This document shows positions 57,920-64,000 of a stretch of 64,000 nucleotides of DNA, piece by piece. Position numbers and translations under genes: made by a program. How positions within the stretch are numbered: the stretch's first letter is position 1; every line of letters starts with the position of its first letter. Below the pieces are notes generated by a model, which worked only from the letters and a program-made list of their open reading frames with translations, was not told the origin of the DNA and ran no database searches. Origin of the DNA: Minisyncoccota bacterium (GTDB lineage: Bacteria; Patescibacteriota; Minisyncoccia; Phycocordibacterales; Phycocordibacteraceae); contig JAQVIY010000002.1 in the NCBI GenBank assembly GCA_028695415.1, forward strand, positions 4,883-68,882. Reading direction: 5' to 3'.

Positions 57920-58719
57920 TTATTGACGGACGAGTGTTAGCGAAAGAGGTGCTCGCGCGCGCGAGGGCGCGCGCTGAAGCATTGCCGCGGCGGCCACGGG
58001 TCGTCGCGTTTGTGGCGCCTAACGAGACTGCCGCGACCCGTTCGTATCTGGCGATAAAAGCGAAAAGCGCGACGCTCGCCGGCTGCGACTTCGAAACTCG
58101 CGATATCCAAATAACAGACCGGCCGTCACAGTATTTTGATATCGATGCTGATGCGATTATTGTGCAACTGCCGTTGCCTGCTGATATCGCTACGAAAGAA
58201 ATTCTCGATGCGATTCCTCTTGAGAAAGACGCCGACGTACTCTCTTCTACTGCCCGTACGCAAAGTATGCTGCTGCCGCCAGTCGTCGGCGCGGTCAAAG
58301 AGATTTTCGACACGTATCATATTGAAACGAAAGGGAAGCACGCGGTTGTCGTCGGAAATGGATACCTTGTTGGCGCACCGGCGGCGACATGGCTTCGTGC
58401 CGAGGGTGCTGAAGTCGAGGTCGTCGAGCGTCCGACGGATAACCTCGCAGAGACGTTACTCACTGCTGACATCATCGTGTCAGGTACCGGCTCACCGCAC
58501 CTCATCAAGCCGGAAATGCTGAAAGAGGGTGTGGTGCTGATTGACGCAGGCACCTCCGAATCCTCGGGGAAAATAGTCGGAGATGCCGACCCGGCTTGTG
58601 CGGCGAAGTGCACGCTCTTTACCCCCGTCCCGGGCGGCGTCGGCCCCCTCGCGGTCGCGAAGCTTTTTGAGAACGTCGTCACCCTCGCTGAACGCGCGAC
58701 CTTGACTAAATTGGATTGA
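57916..58719 (+). CDS. folD: Methylenetetrahydrofolate dehydrogenase/cyclohydrolase
   Basis: IIDGR, Y...K, IVQLPLP, EKD.D, VVVG.G.LVG.P, TPVPGGVGP. Confidence 0.9.
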   Translation: MIIDGRVLAKEVLARARARAEALPRRPRVVAFVAPNETAATRSYLAIKAKSATLAGCDFETRDIQITDRPSQYFDIDADAIIVQLPLPADIATKEILDAIPLEKDADVLSSTARTQSMLLPPVVGAVKEIFDTYHIETKGKHAVVVGNGYLVGAPAATWLRAEGAEVEVVERPTDNLAETLLTADIIVSGTGSPHLIKPEMLKEGVVLIDAGTSESSGKIVGDADPACAAKCTLFTPVPGGVGPLAVAKLFENVVTLAERATLTKLD

Positions 58720-58884
58720 CGTTCTACCATTCTCTACTAGAAGCGCGCACTTTGAACCAGGGTTTGCCACAGCAGAAAGCGGCGTAGTATCTGGGCTCTT
58801 TTCTGCTATGGCAAACTCGCGCAGAAGCGATAAGGCCCGCTGGCGATGCTATCCGCAAGGAATGGCGCTTAATAGGAGACTCCT

Positions 58885-59484
58885 ATGAGCAACGATACTG
58901 GCACCCTGCTTCCGTACATTGCCGCTCTCGCTCGGGCTGCAAGGAAGGGTATTCCTCTGCCGACTCTCGCCGACTTTTGCGCATACCTTAACCTGAGCGT
59001 GAAGCCCCTCGCTGCTGCCGTTTTGGCCGCGCTCGACACCATCCATATCGACCGCTCGACTCGTCCAGCCTATCCGTACTTTGTGGACAAGGACTGCATC
59101 AACGACCCGGACTTCATCGCACTTGAACAGACCGGCCCCGCCGACTACGCGCTCGGCAGCCTGGAGCAATATCTCCACGGCGCCCAGAAGACCGGCGGCT
59201 GGGAACGTGGCGAGGCAATCTACGAATATCTCAAGGGCAGCAACACGCTCTCGAGCTGTCTCGGCCTCGCCGATCTCCTCGCCATCCAGAAGCTCGGTAT
59301 CGAAGCCTTCCGCAAGCACTTCGCCAGCAAAGTAGTGTCCGGATGGAAATCGGTCGTCCGGGACCGCGACGGCAACCCGTTCGTTCCGTGCCTTGTCGAG
59401 GGCGATGGCGGGGTTGTACTGTTCTGGACGTGGTTCGAACGCGGCTGGAACAGTCGCAGCCCGGCGCTCCGCTTCGCAAGTTAG
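58885..59484 (+). CDS. Hypothetical protein, possible CLec-like fold
   Basis: AGGAGA SD; C-terminal V....G...VP.L......L.W.W....W.....LR pattern. Confidence 0.65.
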   Translation: MSNDTGTLLPYIAALARAARKGIPLPTLADFCAYLNLSVKPLAAAVLAALDTIHIDRSTRPAYPYFVDKDCINDPDFIALEQTGPADYALGSLEQYLHGAQKTGGWERGEAIYEYLKGSNTLSSCLGLADLLAIQKLGIEAFRKHFASKVVSGWKSVVRDRDGNPFVPCLVEGDGGVVLFWTWFERGWNSRSPALRFAS

Positions 59485-59699
59485 ATCTTCGGAATCGGGC
59501 ACTCTGCTCGCACTCTGAACCTCTGACCTTCCCGCCCCGCATGGCAACATGCGGGGTGTCTTCATGTACCATGTGAGATGGCAGCAGGCGTATCGGGGGA
59601 TGCTCAGGTGGGGGAACGCACAAATGGTAATTCAGCAGATAACAGATAAATAAATATAGCAAGACTTCGCTTTTTATATAGATAGTTTATAATCCCCAC

Positions 59700-61013
59700 A
59701 TGACTCGTTTCCGGGTGTCTGCCGTTGTTGCCCTCCTCGTGGGCTTTTTGCTTGCGTATTTCGTCTGGTCTACTGAAGCGAATCCACTCTCCTCATATCG
59801 CTTCAAGCTCGGCCTCGACCTCGCCGGGGGTACTGAGCTCGTCTACAAGGCTGATATGAGCCAGACGGCGACGAGCGAGCGCTCTGACGCTCTCGGAGCT
59901 CTCCAGGGGGTCATTGAGCGCCGTGTGAACATGTTTGGCGTCGCCGAGCCCCTCGTTCAGACCGAAGAGGTGAGCGCGCTCTCGGGCACCACCGAAGATC
60001 GGCTTATCGTCGATCTTCCTGGCGTGACCGATATCAAAGCGGCGGTTACCGCGCTTGGCGCGACACCGACCCTCGATTTTCGCATAGCAACGACCGCTGC
60101 TACCGGCACCTCGACCGAGGCGACGTTCATCCCGACCGGTCTCACCGGCCGCTATCTCGCGAGCGCCTCGCTCCAGTTCGGCTCGGGCGCGACCGCCGGT
60201 CTCGCGGCGCCGCAGGTGCTTCTCAATTTCAACAGCGAAGGTGCGAAACTTTTTGAAAAGATAACGAGTGAAAATATCGGACAGGTGCTCGCCATCTTCC
60301 TCGATGGTCAGCCTATCTCTACACCGGTTATTCAAGAAGCGATTCCGGGCGGACAAGCGACCATTAGCGGTAAGTTCACCGCGCCTGAGGCGCGCGATCT
60401 GGTACGCAATTTGAATTTCGGCGCGCTCCCGGTGCCCATCGAGCTTGAAAGCTCTTCCGCCGTCGGCCCGACTCTTGGCGCCGCGGCTATCAATGCGGGC
60501 GTCGTGGCTGGCATCATCGGCTTCGCTATCATCGCGCTCTTTATGATCGCGTGGTACCGCCTCCCGGGTGTTGTCGCGACGATTGCGCTCGCAGAGTACC
60601 TCGCCTTCATGCTCGCGATTATCAAAGTCATCCCCGTCACCCTTACCGCTTCGGGCATCGCCGGGCTCATCATTTCGGTCGGTATGGCGGTGGATGCAAA
60701 CGTGCTTATATTCGAGCGCACCAAGGAGGAACTCCGGGGCGGGAAGTCGCCGCGCGAAGCGGTGCATATCGGCTTCTCGCGCGCGTGGCCGGCTATCCGC
60801 GACGGCCACCTCACGATGATCATCTCGGGCGTCATCCTCTTCTGGCTCGGGACGAGTATCGTACAGGGCTTCGCGCTCGTATTCGTACTCGGCGTGCTCG
60901 CCTCGTTCGTATCGGCAGTGTCGCTCTCTCGCGTGTATCTCCTCGCTATCGTTCCCGAAGAGGGAGAGGGTGCGTGGAAGTTCCTCTTGAGCTCCGGTTT
61001 TCGTAAACACTAA
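59700..61013 (+). CDS. secD: Protein translocase subunit SecD
   Basis: LGLDL.GG, RVN.FGVAEP, LTG..L, AI.LDG..IS.P.I, GALPVP, GMAVDANVLIFER.KEE. Confidence 0.96.
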   Translation: MTRFRVSAVVALLVGFLLAYFVWSTEANPLSSYRFKLGLDLAGGTELVYKADMSQTATSERSDALGALQGVIERRVNMFGVAEPLVQTEEVSALSGTTEDRLIVDLPGVTDIKAAVTALGATPTLDFRIATTAATGTSTEATFIPTGLTGRYLASASLQFGSGATAGLAAPQVLLNFNSEGAKLFEKITSENIGQVLAIFLDGQPISTPVIQEAIPGGQATISGKFTAPEARDLVRNLNFGALPVPIELESSSAVGPTLGAAAINAGVVAGIIGFAIIALFMIAWYRLPGVVATIALAEYLAFMLAIIKVIPVTLTASGIAGLIISVGMAVDANVLIFERTKEELRGGKSPREAVHIGFSRAWPAIRDGHLTMIISGVILFWLGTSIVQGFALVFVLGVLASFVSAVSLSRVYLLAIVPEEGEGAWKFLLSSGFRKH

Positions 61014-61016
61014 TTT

Positions 61017-61913
61017 ATGTTCATCATCAACCATCGCGGTTTCTTCTTCTGGCTTACGGGGCTTATCCTCGCTGGCGTTATCGGCGCGATAGTCGTCTGG
61101 GGTCTCCCGCTCGGCATTGACTTCACCGGCGGCTCTTTGATGCAGGTGTCGTACGAGAACGGTCGGCCGGCGCTTACGGATATTGAAAAGCAGATTACTC
61201 CTGTGGGACTCGGCACGATCTCGGTGCGCGCATCAGGTGACCGTGCAGTCGCTATACGCACCCGCTCACAGACGCCCGGAGAGCATGAGGCTATCCTCGG
61301 AGCGCTCTCAGCAAACGCATCAACGACTGAAGTTGCGTACACTTCGGTCGGTCCTGCGCTCGGGAGCCAGTTCACTCACAAGGCGGTATGGGCGATTCTC
61401 GCCGTCGTGCTCGTCATCATGCTCTACATCGCGTTCGCCTTCCGTCGTGTATCCGGCCCGGTTCCAGGCTGGGGCTACGGCTTCACGGTCGTCGCGATGC
61501 TCGCTATCGATATCATCGTGCCGACCGGCTTCTATGCCGCATATGCGCATTTCACCGGTGCAGAGGTCGATTCGCTCTTCATTGTCGCCCTCCTCTCGCT
61601 TTTGGGCTACTGTGTGAATGATGTCATTGTCATCTTCGATCGTGTTCGCGAGCACCTTGCGAAGAACGAGCGCGAGAATAATAAAGAACCGTTTGAGGAG
61701 ACGATAGGGAAGTCTATTAGTGAGACGATGACGCGCTCTATAAACACTGCGCTCACCGTCGTGCTCGCGCTCATCGCCCTCATCTATTTCGGCGCAGAGA
61801 CCACACGCAACTTCGCACTCGTGATGCTTGTGGGTATCGTCGCAGGCACCTTCTCCTCGATCGCGCGCTCCGCGCCGCTCCTCATCCCGATTGCAAAGTG
61901 GTTTAAGAAATGA
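61017..61913 (+). CDS. secF: Protein translocase subunit SecF
   Basis: LGIDFTGG, SVGP.LG, GY.VND.IVIFDRVRE, T..RSINT, G...GT.SSI. Confidence 0.95.
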   Translation: MFIINHRGFFFWLTGLILAGVIGAIVVWGLPLGIDFTGGSLMQVSYENGRPALTDIEKQITPVGLGTISVRASGDRAVAIRTRSQTPGEHEAILGALSANASTTEVAYTSVGPALGSQFTHKAVWAILAVVLVIMLYIAFAFRRVSGPVPGWGYGFTVVAMLAIDIIVPTGFYAAYAHFTGAEVDSLFIVALLSLLGYCVNDVIVIFDRVREHLAKNERENNKEPFEETIGKSISETMTRSINTALTVVLALIALIYFGAETTRNFALVMLVGIVAGTFSSIARSAPLLIPIAKWFKK

Positions 61914-62525
61914 ACATGTTTGAGAAATTTCGGAAGGGTACAAAAGAAAGTAGCGAAAATAACGATCCGGAAGCGGTACGCAAAGCAGAAATAGAAAAAA
62001 TATACGGCACGGTCTTTGTCGTGGAGTCCAGTCAAGATATGTCGTTCGAAAATCTTATTTCCTCTGCGGGTGTGACGAATGTCGATTCAAGAATTACAGA
62101 AGAGAAGTTCCCCCGTCTCGAGCGATTGGGCAGTTCCAATATGCAGGTTGTCGCAAGTGCTCGCGACTCTTTTATTGAAGACACGCTTGGGTATTTAGAA
62201 AAAGAGGGGCAACACCCCGCGACAATTCATGATCTTCTCGAGTTCATGCCACAGTGCCCTGAGTTAGTATGGCGACTGTGTGCACTCGGCTCACTTGTAG
62301 ACGAAGATAATAAAAAGTTTTGTGTTGTGGTTGTAAAGAAAGAAGGTAACGTATCATTATCTCTTCAAGAACTCGGTCAAGAAACTTTTCGGGATGGGGT
62401 TACGCATTACTATACTCCATGGCCAGCTTCACTTCTCACGGTGCAGAATGTTCAATGAAGCACCTTCTCCTCGATCGCGCGCTCCGCGCCGCTCCTCATC
62501 CCGATTGCAAAGTGGTTTAAGAAAT
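61846..62525 (+). repeat. Perfect 66-bp direct repeat of the secF 3' end (61846-61911 and 62460-62525) flanking one ORF
   Basis: GCACCTTCTCCTCGATCGCGCGCTCCGCGCCGCTCCTCATCCCGATTGCAAAGTGGTTTAAGAAAT present twice. Confidence 0.92.
61910..62458 (+). CDS. Hypothetical cassette protein (AT-rich), possible CLec-like fold
   Basis: ATGA overlap with the secF stop; I.E..FP, G..PAT..DLL.F, P.L....ALGS pattern. Confidence 0.7.
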   Translation: MNMFEKFRKGTKESSENNDPEAVRKAEIEKIYGTVFVVESSQDMSFENLISSAGVTNVDSRITEEKFPRLERLGSSNMQVVASARDSFIEDTLGYLEKEGQHPATIHDLLEFMPQCPELVWRLCALGSLVDEDNKKFCVVVVKKEGNVSLSLQELGQETFRDGVTHYYTPWPASLLTVQNVQ

Positions 62526-62536
62526 AAGAAAGTTTT

Positions 62537-62577
62537 GAAAACAAAAAGCGGACTTCGTAAGTCCGCTTTTTGTTTTC
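62537..62577 (+). terminator. Intrinsic terminator of secDF
   Basis: GAAAACAAAAAGCGGACTT-CGT-AAGTCCGCTTTTTGTTTTC. Confidence 0.75.
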
Positions 62578-62795
62578 AATAGGAGAGTGTCACTCGACAA
62601 ACACCAAACCGCTCATGCTTCGAGCGCATAAGGAGGCAAGGGGTGACGGCTTCATATATCATACGCTCCTCTATCTCGCGTGCAATCTTGGCAACGCATT
62701 TTTGTGTGTCAGGAATGGATAACCTTGATTTGTTTGCGGGTTGTGGTAATGTCTGTGTTGGATATCCTGTAGTTCAACCGAGAAGGAGATTGGAA

Positions 62796-63047
62796 ATGTC
62801 ACTGAAAACCATCCGCCACAGTCACGCCGGGCAAGCAAGGAGCGCCGAACGCAAGCGCAAGCGGCGATACGTGAACCGTCGGAACCTCAAGCTCAGCGCA
62901 GCGCTCCTCGGCGTGACTCCGTCGCAACTGCAGCAGCAGTATCAACTCGAGATCGACGCCATCGTCTCAACCCATGATTCCAGAGCGGCACATCGGGCGC
63001 AGAGGGCAAAGACTGCTCGAAAGGTTAACTGTGCCCCCTGGGGATGA
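62796..63047 (+). CDS. Small basic hypothetical protein (83 aa)
   Basis: AAGGAG SD before ATG 62796; Arg/Lys-rich; hairpin GTGACCCGTCA/TGACGGGTCAC downstream. Confidence 0.5.
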   Translation: MSLKTIRHSHAGQARSAERKRKRRYVNRRNLKLSAALLGVTPSQLQQQYQLEIDAIVSTHDSRAAHRAQRAKTARKVNCAPWG

Positions 63048-63106
63048 TGTTCCATCTTGTGGGTGACCCGTCAGAATTGACGGGTCACATTTTGTTTTAG
63101 GGTCTA

Positions 63107-63135
63107 TTGACGCCCTTTCGACCTTCCTATACTAT
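63107..63135 (+). promoter_or_regulatory. Promoter of 16S rRNA (TTGACG-N17-TACTAT)
   Basis: Hexamers upstream of 16S; boxA-like TTCTTTGACA at about 63169. Confidence 0.55.
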
Positions 63136-63275
63136 GGCCTTACTGTCCCCCTATGGGGGACGGGGTGTTTCTTTGACATCAAAATACGTGAATGCCCGCC
63201 ACGGAGGTGGCGGGCGAAAAGCCCCGACGTTACAGTCGGGGTAAAAGATGTGTGAATTCTTTTGTTCCGCCTATT

Positions 63276-64000
63276 CTTATTGAGAGTTTGATCCTAGCTC
63301 AGGGTGAATGCTGGCGGCGTGGATAAGTCATGCAAGTCAAGGGGGCCCGCAAGGGCAACCGGCAGACGAGGTAGTAACACGTAGGTAGATCCCCCGAAGT
63401 CGGGCATAGCCAGTCGAAAGACTGGGTAATTCCCGATAGTCTCCTTCTTCGCTGTGTATTTCATCACAGCTACGAAGGACGCAGCCGCAAGGCCGTGTCC
63501 TCCGAAGCTCGGAATGGAATGTAGAGCGAAGGAGGAGTAAAGGTTTTTCGCTTCGGGAGTCGCCTGCGCAGTATCAGCTAGTTGGTAGGGTAACGGCCTA
63601 CCAAGGCTACGACGCTTAGGGGAGCTGAGAGGCTGACCCCCACCGATGGAACTGCGACACGGTCCATACTCCTACGGGAGGCTGCAGACGAGAATATTCC
63701 GCAATGGACGAAAGTCTGACGGAGCGACGCCGCGTGATGGATGAAGTGCCTTGGTACGTAAACATCTTTTATCGGGGACGAAGTTTATTGACGGTACCCG
63801 ATGAATAAGGAGCTCCTAACTCTGTGCCAGCAGGAGCGGTAATACAGAGGCTCCAAGCATTACCCGGAATCACTGGGCGTAAAGGGTGTCTAGGCGGCCA
63901 TATTAGTCTTTCGTTAAATCTGCGGGCTCAACCTGCAGGCTGCGAGGGAAACGGTATGGCTCGAGGGCGTGAGAGGTGCACGGAACTCATGGTGGAGGGG
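63276..64000 (+). rRNA. rrs: 16S rRNA (5' part, runs off the window) with about 95-nt insertion in V2
   Basis: AGAGTTTGATCCTAGCTCAG, CATGCAAGTC, ACTCCTACGGGAGGCTGCAG, GTGCCAGCAGGAGCGGTAATAC. Confidence 0.97.

Noticed and set aside
58885-59484. Diversity-generating retroelement
   Set aside because: No reverse transcriptase and no adenine-variant repeat pair seen in the window.

Overview
Chromosomal segment of a Patescibacteria (CPR) bacterium, most likely Parcubacteria (Kaiserbacteria/Adlerbacteria-like). The assignment rests on the Parcubacteria-type 16S signature GTGCCAGCAGGAGCGG, unlinked intron-rich rRNA genes, rplK not followed by rplA, and many apparently leaderless genes. Content is mostly housekeeping: pilM/N/O-like genes, uppS, rluA-like, rplS, secE-nusG-rplK, glyA, argS, ileS, recO, glyQS, metG, tatD, rpsF-ssb-rpsR, efp, an ECF sigma factor, recA, ftsK, a surface-protein cluster, rplJ-rplL, rodA, glycan genes, folD and secDF. 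There are five standard tRNAs, a 23S-5S unit and, 11 kb downstream, the start of a separate 16S gene. The most striking observation is in the 23S gene, which has three group I introns (E. coli-equivalent sites 1931, 2593 and 2656). Each carries a different cargo in the same structural slot between P4' and P7: (1) a 70-nt copy of the ribosome's own uL10/uL11-binding GTPase-associated centre (H42-H44) with compensatory base changes, (2) a complete CCA-ended tRNA-like gene with an 8-nt anticodon loop, and (3) a conventional LAGLIDADG homing endonuclease. Other notable items are an aberrant tRNA-Pro-like gene, a gene cassette flanked by a perfect 66-bp duplication of the secF 3' end, free-standing endonucleases directly upstream of tRNAs, a divergent thyA/dfr/deaminase/nucleotidyltransferase/HIT cluster, and an HTH gene beside ftsK whose coding sequence is rich in a GGACA motif. 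All calls come from reading motifs by eye; no searches or folding programs were run.
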